Assembly: GCA_026004495.1 (NCBI GenBank)
Contig: BPJG01000001.1
Span: forward strand, 70,470 to 134,469
Direction: 5' to 3'
Length of the DNA stretch: 64,000 bases
From: Candidatus Parcubacteria bacterium
Lineage (GTDB): Bacteria > Patescibacteriota > Minisyncoccia > UBA6257 > HR35
Part shown: one piece after another, positions 47,109 to 56,384 of the stretch
Position numbering within the stretch: the first letter of the stretch is position 1
Layout of the letters: every line of letters starts with the position of its first letter
The notes under the pieces: model-generated
What the model saw: only the letters and a program-made list of their open reading frames with translations
The model's database searches: none
What the model was told of the DNA's origin: nothing
Program-made: the position numbers and the translations under genes

Positions 47109-48666
47109 TTTATTATTATCCTTAATATTTTTTTTAGTTATTGGTATAAATTTTTTAAGATTAGTCCAAATAAAAGATTATTTTTTTCCATCAATCTTAG
47201 CCTATTTTGATTATCCTTCAAATTATCGTCATTTTTTTAGACTATATGAATTAATTTTAATTATAATTTGGTTATTTTTAATTTTTTTTTCTTTTAAAAA
47301 TGGGAAGATATATATTAATGAAAATATTTTATTGTTAATTTTATTAATTTTTGGCATTTTAATATATTTAAGAAAAGATCAAATAAAAAAAATAAGGTGG
47401 AATCTTAAAGGTTTATTTATTTTTTATTTAACTACTTTAATTAACTACAGAATTTTATCAGCAACCAATAATGATTTAACTATTGTCATCATTCTTTTAA
47501 CATCAGCAATTCAATTTTCAATAGTAATTTTTTCGACTTTTATAGCTAATATTATTACTAAAGTTTATGCTGAATATTTATTTAAGATAACAAAAAATAA
47601 AATTTCAAAATGGCTAAAAAAAGATAAAAATAGATTAGTTATTGGTATCTCAGGTAGCTATGGGAAAACATCGACTAAAGAAATCTTATCACAACTTTTA
47701 GAAGAAAAATTTAAAGTTTTAAAATCACCACTTAGACTTAATGCCGAAATAGGTTTAGCAAAATTTATTTTAAAGAGTCAATTAAAAAATTATGATATCT
47801 TAGTTTTAGAATTAGGATCCAGAAAGCTGGGTGAAATTTCAAAAATGGTAGATATTTTTCAGCCTAAATGTGTTTTTTTAACAGGCCTAGGTCCACAACA
47901 CATTGCTACTTTTGGCTCCTTTGAAAATATGATTAAGGGAGAAACTGAAATATTTAAAAAAATAGATGATAGTGGGATAGCATTTTTAAATATTAAGGAT
48001 AGATGGATAAAAGAATATGAAAAAAAATTGAATATAAAAAATAAATATCTTTATGGTGACAAGGATGGGAATTTTTATTTTAAAGAAGAAATTTTAACTT
48101 TAGATGGCTCAGAATTTATTTTTGTCTATCCCGAAGGAGAAGAAAAATTATTTACCAATATCGTTGGTAATCAATTTTTAGAAAACTTATGTGGAGCCTT
48201 GGGATTGTGTTATATATTAGGCATTCAACCCTATCAATTAAAAGAAAAATTAAAAAATCTTAAATTACTTTCAAATCAATTTGAAATCGTAAAAAGAGCC
48301 AATCCTTTAATTATTAATGATTCTTATAATGCTAATTTAATTGGGGTTCAAAGGGGAATTGAATTTTTTAATAAAATTTTTAAGGGTAAAAAAATATTAT
48401 TTTTTGGAGGAATATTAGAATTAGGAGAGGAAACAGAAAAAATTTACCAACAATTAATAGAATATTTTAAAATATTTGATTTGATAATTTTAACTTTTAA
48501 TGATTTTAGTGAAATATTCCTTAAAAATATTGAAAATGAAAAAATTTTAATTTATGATAATCAAGAATTAGATAAAATTATAAAATTTTATGATTTAAAC
48601 GATTTGGGATTATTAATTTTAGGAAGAATTCCAGAAAAATTATTAAATAGAATTAAAGAATTATGA
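47098..48666 (+). CDS. MurF-like Mur ligase with the canonical N-terminal domain replaced by about 170 aa of TM helices
   Basis: VIGISGSYGKTSTKEIL (P-loop), LVLELGSRKLGEI, and NDSYNAN in the C-terminal domain. Residues 1-170 form 4-5 hydrophobic helices. Confidence 0.7.
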   Translation: MIISLLLSLIFFLVIGINFLRLVQIKDYFFPSILAYFDYPSNYRHFFRLYELILIIIWLFLIFFSFKNGKIYINENILLLILLIFGILIYLRKDQIKKIRWNLKGLFIFYLTTLINYRILSATNNDLTIVIILLTSAIQFSIVIFSTFIANIITKVYAEYLFKITKNKISKWLKKDKNRLVIGISGSYGKTSTKEILSQLLEEKFKVLKSPLRLNAEIGLAKFILKSQLKNYDILVLELGSRKLGEISKMVDIFQPKCVFLTGLGPQHIATFGSFENMIKGETEIFKKIDDSGIAFLNIKDRWIKEYEKKLNIKNKYLYGDKDGNFYFKEEILTLDGSEFIFVYPEGEEKLFTNIVGNQFLENLCGALGLCYILGIQPYQLKEKLKNLKLLSNQFEIVKRANPLIINDSYNANLIGVQRGIEFFNKIFKGKKILFFGGILELGEETEKIYQQLIEYFKIFDLIILTFNDFSEIFLKNIENEKILIYDNQELDKIIKFYDLNDLGLLILGRIPEKLLNRIKEL

Positions 48667-49901
48667 ACAAAAAATTGATTTCGACAGATTTTTTCCCAAA
48701 TTTTGAAGATGATGATTATTTATTGATAAAAAAAATTTTAAAAAATAAGAACAGCTGGCAAGAGGGAAGGGAATTAGAAATTTTAGAATATGAATTAAAA
48801 AAATTTTTTCCCAAAGGAGAAATATTTTTATTTACTACCGAAAGAGGTGCCTTAGAATATTTTTTGAAATTTTATTTAAAAAAAACAAAACATAAAAAAG
48901 TAGCTACCCAAGCCTTTACTTGTTTTGTAATACCCAAATCAATTATCAATGCTGGTGGAATTCCTATTTATATTGATATATCTGAAGGTTATTTAAATTT
49001 TACTCAAAAAGAATTAGAAAAAGTATTTAAAAATAACCAAGATATTTCAGTGATTATTCTACAAAATACATTTGGGGTTCCTAACGATTTAAATAAAATT
49101 TTAGGCTTTTTAAAAGACAAAAATTGTTTAATTATTGAAAACTTAGCTCATAGTTTTGGAGCTAAATTTAACAGTTATTATTTAGGAAATTTTGGTGATA
49201 TTGCCTTAATTAGTTTTGGTAGAAGCAAGGTTATATCTTCAATTTTTGGAGGCGTATTAATAATTAATGACAAACAATTAGCTGAGGAATTTAAAAACTA
49301 CTATAAAGAATTAGACTATCCTTCAAAATCATTCATTATTAAATGCTTGATCTATGCCTTAAATATGGGACATTTAAGGAATAATTTTACTATTTATGGT
49401 AAATATTTAATGTATTTAATTAGAAAATTAAATTTAGCTGTTTTAGAAATTTCAACAAAAGAAAAAAATGGTTTAACAGAAAATTATTCAATTAAAAAAT
49501 TACCTAATTCTTTTGCTATTATAGCGCTCAATCAATTAAAAAAAATTTTTAAATTCAGTGATCATCGTAAAAAAATTTCTAAAATTTATATTAAAGAAGG
49601 GTTAATACCTTATGGCGAAGTTTATAATGAAGCTGAATATTATTACTTAAGATTACCCCTAACAAATGTTAAACCACAAAAATTAATTGATAGCCTTAAA
49701 AAATATAACATCTATTTAGGTAATTGGTATAATTCAGCCCTAGCTCCACTTACACGAAGATTAGACAGATTTGGTTATTATTATGGAATGTGTCCTAATG
49801 CAGAAAAATTAGCTTTATCAATTTATAATTTACCTACCAACATTTTAACAACCCCAGATGATGCTTATTTAATAGTAGAATTAATTAAAAAATGGAATTA
49901 A
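48663..49901 (+). CDS. DegT/DnrJ/EryC1/StrS-family PLP-dependent aminotransferase
   Basis: The fold-type I layout includes ALISFGRSKVISS (Schiff-base Lys region). The start overlaps the upstream stop (ATGA). Confidence 0.65.
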   Translation: MNKKLISTDFFPNFEDDDYLLIKKILKNKNSWQEGRELEILEYELKKFFPKGEIFLFTTERGALEYFLKFYLKKTKHKKVATQAFTCFVIPKSIINAGGIPIYIDISEGYLNFTQKELEKVFKNNQDISVIILQNTFGVPNDLNKILGFLKDKNCLIIENLAHSFGAKFNSYYLGNFGDIALISFGRSKVISSIFGGVLIINDKQLAEEFKNYYKELDYPSKSFIIKCLIYALNMGHLRNNFTIYGKYLMYLIRKLNLAVLEISTKEKNGLTENYSIKKLPNSFAIIALNQLKKIFKFSDHRKKISKIYIKEGLIPYGEVYNEAEYYYLRLPLTNVKPQKLIDSLKKYNIYLGNWYNSALAPLTRRLDRFGYYYGMCPNAEKLALSIYNLPTNILTTPDDAYLIVELIKKWN

Positions 49902-50905
49902 AAGATATATCAGAAAAAGATTATAAAAATTTTATTAAAGAACAGAAACCAATATCTTTTCTCCATAATTATGAATGGGGTGAGGTAGAAAAAAAATTAG
50001 GTAAAGAATTTTTTAGATTTGGAATTTATAAATCTCAAACTCTTATTGCTGTAGTTCAAATTATAGGTCATAAATCTAAGAGAGGTAATTTTTTAACAAT
50101 TTCTCATGGTCCTATAATTAATCCAAATTTTAAAGAAAATTTCTTAGAAATAATTGATTTAATTATAGAAAAAATTAAAAAATTAAATTTGAAAAAAAAA
50201 TATTCATTTCTAAGAGTAAATTTTTTATTTGAAAATTCAGAAGAAATTTTAAAAAATTTGATAGTCAGAAAATTTAAATTAGCTCCACGCTGGTTTGTAA
50301 GTGAAAATTTTTGGATTAAAGAAATAGATAAAACAGAAGAAGATTTACTAAAAGAAATGGATAATAATCACCGAAAGCAAATTTTAGATTCACTAACAAA
50401 GCCATATTTAGAAATAGAGAAATCAGATAAAATTGAAACAATAAAAATATTTTGGGATTTATATAAGAATTTAGCTAAAGAAAAAAATTTTATTCCGTAT
50501 AGCTACAATCTTATAAAAAATGAATTTGAAATATTTACTAAAGAAGATAAAGCCCTCTGGTATTTAGGTAAAATTGAAAATAAGTATTATTCAGCAGCTC
50601 TAATAATTTTTGATAATAATTTTGCCTATTATCATCATTCTGCTTCTATAAAAATAAAAGAGCCATTAAACTATAAATTGCAATGGCAAATTATCTTAGA
50701 CGCTAGACAAAGAGGGTGTAAATTTTATAATATGTGGGGAATAACAAATCAAGGTAAAGAACATCCTTGGTATGGTTTAACTCAATTTAAAAAAGGTTTT
50801 GGTGGAAAAATGATTAATTTCTTGCCGACATTAGATTTTCGCTTAAACTGGAAATATTATTTAACTTATGCTTACGAAAAAATATATAAAAAAATAAAAA
50901 ATTAA
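49892..50905 (+). CDS. FemAB/FemX-family peptidyltransferase (aminoacyl-tRNA-dependent peptidoglycan branch formation)
   Basis: FLHNYEWGEVEKKLG..., YYHHSAS, and YNMWGI...GLTQFKKGFGG are typical FemAB features. Confidence 0.7.
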   Translation: MELKDISEKDYKNFIKEQKPISFLHNYEWGEVEKKLGKEFFRFGIYKSQTLIAVVQIIGHKSKRGNFLTISHGPIINPNFKENFLEIIDLIIEKIKKLNLKKKYSFLRVNFLFENSEEILKNLIVRKFKLAPRWFVSENFWIKEIDKTEEDLLKEMDNNHRKQILDSLTKPYLEIEKSDKIETIKIFWDLYKNLAKEKNFIPYSYNLIKNEFEIFTKEDKALWYLGKIENKYYSAALIIFDNNFAYYHHSASIKIKEPLNYKLQWQIILDARQRGCKFYNMWGITNQGKEHPWYGLTQFKKGFGGKMINFLPTLDFRLNWKYYLTYAYEKIYKKIKN

Positions 50906-50953
50906 TATTAAAAATAGATTATGGTATAATAATATAAAAATTGTAAATTTTCT

Positions 50954-51037
50954 GCCCGGGTGGCGGAATTGGAAGACGCGTATGACTCAAAATCATATGG
51001 GTGAAAACCTGTGTGGGTTCGAGTCCCACCCCGGGCA
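50954..51037 (+). tRNA. tRNA-Leu (anticodon CAA)
   Basis: A cloverleaf folds by hand. The acceptor is gcccggg/cccgggc, the anticodon stem tatga/tcata with loop ctCAAaa, a long variable arm, and the T arm gtggg-ttcgagt-cccac. No CCA is encoded. Confidence 0.9.
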
Positions 51038-51091
51038 ATTAAATTTTAATTTTTAAAATAACATTGATAAAATAAAAAATAGTTAATAAAA

Positions 51092-51164
51092 GCCCCCATA
51101 GCTCAATTGGTAGAGCAGCTGGCTCTTAACCAGAAGGCTGGAGGTTCAAATCCTCCTGGGGGCA
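51092..51164 (+). tRNA. tRNA-Lys (anticodon CTT)
   Basis: The acceptor is gccccca/tgggggc, the D arm gctc-aattggta-gagc, the anticodon loop ctCTTaa, and the T arm ggagg-ttcaaat-cctcc. Confidence 0.9.
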
Positions 51165-51182
51165 AAGTAGATTAAGAATAAA

Positions 51183-52190
51183 ATGGAAAATAAATTTAAA
51201 AATATAAAAAGACAATTAGAAAATATTATTAAAAAAAATCCCTACTTAGGTAGTCTTTATGATTATTTTCTTAATTTAATCTACAAAGAAAGAAGAAATA
51301 TAGAAGAAGCTCAAGATATAGCAAATGTCATTAGATATTTATTTAACCCTCTTGAAAGTCATATAAAAGATTTAAATATTATATTAGAAAATTTTAGTAG
51401 TCTACCATACTTCAACGAGCAAGAAAAATTAATTATAAATAAATTAAAAAATGATTTACAAATTATATATCCACCAACTAAAATCTTGAAATTTATTACT
51501 AATTTTTCTGAAAAAATTTATTTTCTTTTTAGAAAATATGAAGATGAAATAAATAAAATTAATCAAGAAACTATTCCTTGGAGTGAATTTTATCCAACTT
51601 TAAATAACTTGATAGACGATTATTTTAAAGATTTAGATAGTATAGTTAAAAATGAACTTCAAAAAGAAAGGCGGTGTATATATATCGTTTATAGGTTATT
51701 AAAAAATACAATTCAAGAAATAAAAAATTTATTTAATTCAAAAAATGCTGAAGTTAAAAATATTTTAAGACAACAAATAGAAGCAATAGAATTAGAATCA
51801 AACGATTATTTAACTTTAAACATTATTGAAAATAATTTTAAAAATAGAATTGATGATCTTTTAAAGGAGCCTATAAATTATTTAATTTTAGATAAAGCAT
51901 TAGAAAATGAAACTATTGGACCATCCCAAGAGCATCTTTTTAGTTTAATCAAAGAAGGTAAAGATTTAGAAATGGATCAAGAATATCTAGATAAGCTAAG
52001 AATTGAATCTAATATTGAAGAAAATTTAAGACAATTGAATGTTTCTTATATAATTGATAAAATAAAAGATGAATTCTTAATTATACAATCTTATTTTTGG
52101 TATGGCACGGATTTAGATACATTCAATGACATTACATATATAACATTAGATCAAAAATTAAGATTATTAAAAGAATTAATAGAAGAATAG
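51183..52190 (+). CDS. Hypothetical protein (335 aa)
   Basis: Long ORF. No motif recognised. Confidence 0.5.
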   Translation: MENKFKNIKRQLENIIKKNPYLGSLYDYFLNLIYKERRNIEEAQDIANVIRYLFNPLESHIKDLNIILENFSSLPYFNEQEKLIINKLKNDLQIIYPPTKILKFITNFSEKIYFLFRKYEDEINKINQETIPWSEFYPTLNNLIDDYFKDLDSIVKNELQKERRCIYIVYRLLKNTIQEIKNLFNSKNAEVKNILRQQIEAIELESNDYLTLNIIENNFKNRIDDLLKEPINYLILDKALENETIGPSQEHLFSLIKEGKDLEMDQEYLDKLRIESNIEENLRQLNVSYIIDKIKDEFLIIQSYFWYGTDLDTFNDITYITLDQKLRLLKELIEE

Positions 52191-52216
52191 AAAAACAATA
52201 ATTTATTTTAATTAAT

Positions 52217-53026
52217 TTATAAACCTAAAACTTTAATTTCTTCTATTATTTTTTTAATTTTATTGGTATCTATTTTTGTTTTCTGAGAAATATTTTCTAT
52301 ACTATCTCTTAGTAAATCATTTGTTAAAACATAATGATTTTCGATAAATTTCTTTATTATAAATTTATTGGCATTGAGAATTATAGTTACTGGATATAAA
52401 TTTTTATCTTCTATTAATCTTTCTAAAGATTCGTCTGGGGGGTAATGCCAGGCAGTTAATCTTATATTTCGACAATTAGCGAAATTAATTGCCTCGGCTG
52501 AAATTTGAGTATTGGTAACTAACCATGGAATCAAATAGGGATACTTTTCATTTATATCAATCCATCTACCATAAATATATAAAACATTTTTTAGGTCTGA
52601 TCTTATTTCAAAAGAATTGTGAAATTTACATTCAATTATATATTTTTTTTCTTCTTTAATAGCAACTATATCTATTTCGTAATTTAAACATTTACCTTCA
52701 ATAAATTCGTTAATTATGGTATCATAACCATATTCAGCCAAAATTTTAGCAAAATACTGCTCAAAGGGATAGCCCGTAGGTCCCAAATCAAAAATGGCTC
52801 TCTTTAAATTATAACGAAGTGCATAATAATGATTAATTTTTTTTAATTCTTTTATGGTCAATTTGAAAATATCAGAACTTTTAGATACTAAAGGTAATTT
52901 ATTATAGATTCTACGACAAATATTATTAGCAGCTGGATAATCAATCCCGATCCTGCTTAAACTATTACAAAATTTTTCTTCATTAAAAATTTCTTCTTCG
53001 CCAAATTTTTTAATTATTTTTTTCAT
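52217..53026 (-). CDS. ATP-cone domain fused to a restriction-endonuclease-like (Mrr_cat/PD-(D/E)XK) domain
   Basis: The N-terminus IKKFGEEEIFNEEKFCNSLSRIGI...YALRYNL is ATP-cone-like. GYPFEQYFAKILAEYGY...YEIDIVAIKEEKKYIIECKF carries the E.D...ECK nuclease core. Confidence 0.65.
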   Translation of the reverse strand: MKKIIKKFGEEEIFNEEKFCNSLSRIGIDYPAANNICRRIYNKLPLVSKSSDIFKLTIKELKKINHYYALRYNLKRAIFDLGPTGYPFEQYFAKILAEYGYDTIINEFIEGKCLNYEIDIVAIKEEKKYIIECKFHNSFEIRSDLKNVLYIYGRWIDINEKYPYLIPWLVTNTQISAEAINFANCRNIRLTAWHYPPDESLERLIEDKNLYPVTIILNANKFIIKKFIENHYVLTNDLLRDSIENISQKTKIDTNKIKKIIEEIKVLGL

Positions 53027-53784
53027 TTTTTTTTAAAAATAAAAAACATATCGAAAATTTCTTTGAGCGATAAATTTCTTGGTCTTTTTAAAAGTAAATT
53101 TTTATCTTTAATTTTATATATTTCTTTTGAATAAAATCTTTTTAAATTATTGAGAACAGTTCTTTTATTATTAATAAAAAATCTTTTAAGAAACATTTCA
53201 AAATCTTCAACTTCTGAAATGAGAGGCTGTGAATAAAAAGAAAATTTAAGAGCTATTGAATCAACCTTGGGGGTAGGGAAGAAATATTTATTTTTGATTA
53301 CCATAATTTTTTTTATTTCAGTAAAATTTCTTATAAAACAGTGTAAAAAATTATTACCATTTTCACCTAAAATTTTTTGACCATATTCTTTCTGTAAAAC
53401 CAAAACAGCTATTTTAGGATGATTATCTTTATTAAATATTTTTCTTAAAATCTTGCCAGTAATAAAATAAGGTATATTACCTATGAGCAAAAAATCATTA
53501 TTAAATTTCTTTAAATTGCTTTTTAAAAAATCTTTATTAATTATTTTTACATTTTTATAGTTCTTAAATCTTTCTTCTAAAAATTTTGATAAATTTTTAT
53601 CAATTTCATAAACTATTAATTTTTTTGCTGATAATAAAAATTGAGTTAAATTACCACTACCACCTCCTATTTCAATAATTGTTTCGTTGTGGATAACTCC
53701 CAAGCTATTAGCTAAAAACATCAAAAATTTAGTATTTTTTAAAAAATATTGACCCAATGTTTTTTTTAACCTAAATCTTATCAT
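53023..53784 (-). CDS. rsmA: 16S rRNA (adenine1518/1519-N6)-dimethyltransferase
   Basis: LGQYFLKN, IIEIGGGSGNLT, GNIPYFITG. Confidence 0.88.
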   Translation of the reverse strand: MIRFRLKKTLGQYFLKNTKFLMFLANSLGVIHNETIIEIGGGSGNLTQFLLSAKKLIVYEIDKNLSKFLEERFKNYKNVKIINKDFLKSNLKKFNNDFLLIGNIPYFITGKILRKIFNKDNHPKIAVLVLQKEYGQKILGENGNNFLHCFIRNFTEIKKIMVIKNKYFFPTPKVDSIALKFSFYSQPLISEVEDFEMFLKRFFINNKRTVLNNLKRFYSKEIYKIKDKNLLLKRPRNLSLKEIFDMFFIFKKK

Positions 53785-54144
53785 AAATTAATTATATGTT
53801 ATAATAGTATTTATCAGAAAATTTTAAATAAAATTAATAATATTTTAATTATAGGTAATTGTCGAAATTAAATTCTAAGAATAAAGAAAATTAGTAGGTT
53901 ACTAGTTTTTATTTTAATTTTAACAATCTATTTTACAATTAATTTTGATAAAGAATCATCTTTACCTGATGAAAATATAAGTTATTCGAGTAATAATTAT
54001 GAAAATTTTATTATAGATAGTAATTTTAACAACGATTTAATATCAATAGATAACCAATCTATTGAAATTAGTTCAGATATTGCTTATTTAGTTAATAGCA
54101 ATATAAATAATAATTATTTTATTGAAAATAAGAAAAAATTAGAA

Positions 54145-54759
54145 ATGTCAATTGCCGAAAATCTAGTCATTAATAATAATAAATATTTAAAGTATATGGT
54201 TAAAAAGGGAGATAATTTAGAAAAAATAGCTAAATCATTTGGTTTAAGCGTAAAAGAAATAAAAAATATTAACAATTTAAAAAATGATAAGATAATAGCA
54301 GGAAAAATATTATTAATACCATCAAACGTAAAAATAACGGCTAAAATTAATAATAATGAAAAAAAGTATAAAATTAAACCAGAATATGTATCAGCCCTAA
54401 CAGAAATTAATGGTTTATTAATACCAACAGATGGTATTAACCAAAAACATGTCCATTCCAACAATGGAGTAGATATTTCAACAGATTGTGGAATGCCAGT
54501 ATATTCAGCTGCAGATGGAATAGTTATTAAAGCCGAATCAAGCGGTTATAATGGTGGTTATGGAAATTATATACTTATCCAACACAGAAATTTTGAAACA
54601 TTATATGGTCATTTGTCAAGAGTTTTTGTAAATTCAGGAGATAATGTTTCTAAGGGAGAATTAATAGGATTAGTAGGCAATACAGGATATACAATTGGAT
54701 TAACAGGTTGCCATCTTCATTTTGAAACCCGTGGCTTAAAAAACCCTTTATCTAAATAA
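54145..54759 (+). CDS. LysM plus M23 peptidase; the frame is open upstream to 53878 and includes a signal anchor but no canonical start
   Basis: YMVKKGDNLEKIAKSFGLSVKEIKNINNL (LysM). GVDIS...ILIQHRNFETLYGHL...GNTGYTIGLTGCHLHFE (M23). Upstream in frame lies EIKKISRLLVFILILTIYFTINFDKESS... Confidence 0.8.
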   Translation: MSIAENLVINNNKYLKYMVKKGDNLEKIAKSFGLSVKEIKNINNLKNDKIIAGKILLIPSNVKITAKINNNEKKYKIKPEYVSALTEINGLLIPTDGINQKHVHSNNGVDISTDCGMPVYSAADGIVIKAESSGYNGGYGNYILIQHRNFETLYGHLSRVFVNSGDNVSKGELIGLVGNTGYTIGLTGCHLHFETRGLKNPLSK

Positions 54760-54775
54760 TATAAAATAAATATTT

Positions 54776-54846
54776 TGCCCTCGCCAGGAATCGAACCTGG
54801 ATCTTAACCTCCGCAGGGTTACGTTTTTCCGTTAAACTACAAGGGC
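54776..54846 (-). tRNA. tRNA-Arg (anticodon GCG)
   Basis: The reverse complement folds as a cloverleaf. The acceptor is gcccttg/cgagggc, the anticodon stem taacc/ggtta with loop ctGCGga, and the T arm ccagg-ttcgatt-cctgg. Confidence 0.85.
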
Positions 54847-55081
54847 TATTATTTTAAAATTAGAATTAAATTAATTATAAATTATCTCTTATAATCATAG
54901 AATTTTAACTAATTAAATTATAAATTTTTATAAATTTAAATTATAAATTAATTTTAGAATTAAATAGTTAAATATTTAAATATTTTTTATTTTTATTTTT
55001 TAATAATTTTAATTATAATTTAATTATATTTTAAAAAAATAATTAAAAATATTAATAAAAAATAATAAATTATCGAATAAT

Positions 55082-55152
55082 CGGGGTGTAGTATAGCGGC
55101 AGTACGCACCCTTGGGGTGGGTGTAGGCCGGGTTCAATTCCCGGCACCCCGA
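55082..55152 (+). tRNA. tRNA-Pro (anticodon GGG)
   Basis: The acceptor cggggtg/caccccg has the C1:G72 pair typical of bacterial tRNA-Pro. The anticodon stem is caccc/gggtg with loop ttGGGgt, and the T arm is ccggg-ttcaatt-cccgg. Confidence 0.88.
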
Positions 55153-55238
55153 AAAATATTAGTAAAAAGATAAAATAGTAAATATATATAAAATATAATA
55201 AAAATATAAATATAAAATAAGATATTTTTATTAATTAT

Positions 55239-55276
55239 TTTTTAGTTCGCAAAAGATATATTTTGCGAACTAAAAA
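55239..55276. terminator. 16-bp perfect inverted repeat (hairpin) between tRNA-Pro and the fba 3' end; possible bidirectional terminator
   Basis: The hairpin is ttttagttcgcaaaa-gatata-ttttgcgaactaaaa. There is no canonical 3' U-tract in either direction. The core uses the gttcgc/gcgaac words. Confidence 0.4.
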
Positions 55277-55308
55277 TTAAAGCTAAAATTAAATAAAATA
55301 TCCCTTGA

Positions 55309-56166
55309 TTAAACATAATAAAATAATCTCTGGTAAAGTATTATTTTTCTTTTTAATTTTTCTATTATCTTATCTAAAATTTTATAAGGAATAACAGTTT
55401 TTTCTTTAATCAATTTTGATAATTCTTCTTTCCAAATTTTTCTAAATTCGGTATTAATATGAATAATAGAAATACCATTATTAATTGCCTTAATAAAATC
55501 TTTTTTTGTTAATCCAGAGCCTCCATGTAAAACTAACGGTAGATTAACTTTATTTTTTATTTCTTTAATTAAATTAAAATTTAAAGTTATTTTTTTAAAT
55601 TCTTTATTTTTAAATTTTATTTTTTGGGGTATACCATGGACATTACCTACTGATATTGCCAGTAAATCAACTTTAGTTTGATCGACAAATTCTTTGGCTA
55701 AATCAGGTGAAGTAAAATATTCTTCTTTTAATTCAATAGTATTTTCAATATCTGAGTGGCCAGTTAAATAACCCAATTCTCCTTCAATTAAACTTTTTTT
55801 ATTATTTTTATTCCTATAATTAACAACTTTTTGAGTAATCAAAATATTTTTTTTAAAACTTAATTCGCTACCATCAAATAAAACAAAATCAAAATCATAA
55901 TCTATAGCTTCGTAAGCTTTTTTAATATTTTTAGTGTGATCAGCATTTGAATAAACTTTAATTCCCCTTTCTTTCGCTTCATCAATTAAATCTTCAAAAT
56001 AATTTATACCCCAAAACTTTCTTTCACCTTCAGAAACTCCAATAATTAAGGGAATCTTTGATTCTTTAACAGCTTCAATCCCTGCCTTAAATTGTTCAAA
56101 GGTAGAAACATTAATATGTAAAATGGCTTTCTTTTTTTTGCCTTGAAAAATATTTAAAACTTCCAT
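55309..56166 (-). CDS. fba: Class II fructose-bisphosphate aldolase
   Basis: NADHTKN, LLAISVGNVHG, LVLHGGSG. Confidence 0.85.
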   Translation of the reverse strand: MEVLNIFQGKKKKAILHINVSTFEQFKAGIEAVKESKIPLIIGVSEGERKFWGINYFEDLIDEAKERGIKVYSNADHTKNIKKAYEAIDYDFDFVLFDGSELSFKKNILITQKVVNYRNKNNKKSLIEGELGYLTGHSDIENTIELKEEYFTSPDLAKEFVDQTKVDLLAISVGNVHGIPQKIKFKNKEFKKITLNFNLIKEIKNKVNLPLVLHGGSGLTKKDFIKAINNGISIIHINTEFRKIWKEELSKLIKEKTVIPYKILDKIIEKLKRKIILYQRLFYYV

Positions 56167-56376
56167 TTATTTTCTAAATATAATCCACAATATTAATGAA
56201 ATAAATAAACTTATTATTAAACTCGTAGCCAAAGGAAAATAAAAAGTAAAATTTTCCTTTTTAATTAATATATCCCCAGGAAGTAGGGGCAAGTTTATAA
56301 TTTTTGATTCAATCAACTTAATTAAAATTCCTATTCCTAATAAAATTAAAGAAAAATAAATTATTAAATTACCCAT
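56167..56376 (-). CDS. DUF2905 small membrane protein
   Basis: LPGDILIKKENFTFYFPLATSLIIS is the DUF2905 signature region. 69 aa with 2 TM helices. Confidence 0.65.
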   Translation of the reverse strand: MGNLIIYFSLILLGIGILIKLIESKIINLPLLPGDILIKKENFTFYFPLATSLIISLFISLILWIIFRK

Positions 56377-56384
56377 TATTTTGT

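Noticed and set aside
54850-55080. Apparent repeats (ttagaattaaat, aattataaatt) in the spacer between tRNA-Arg and tRNA-Pro
   Set aside because: This is a pure A/T low-complexity region. The matches are short (11-12 nt) and unordered, consistent with chance.
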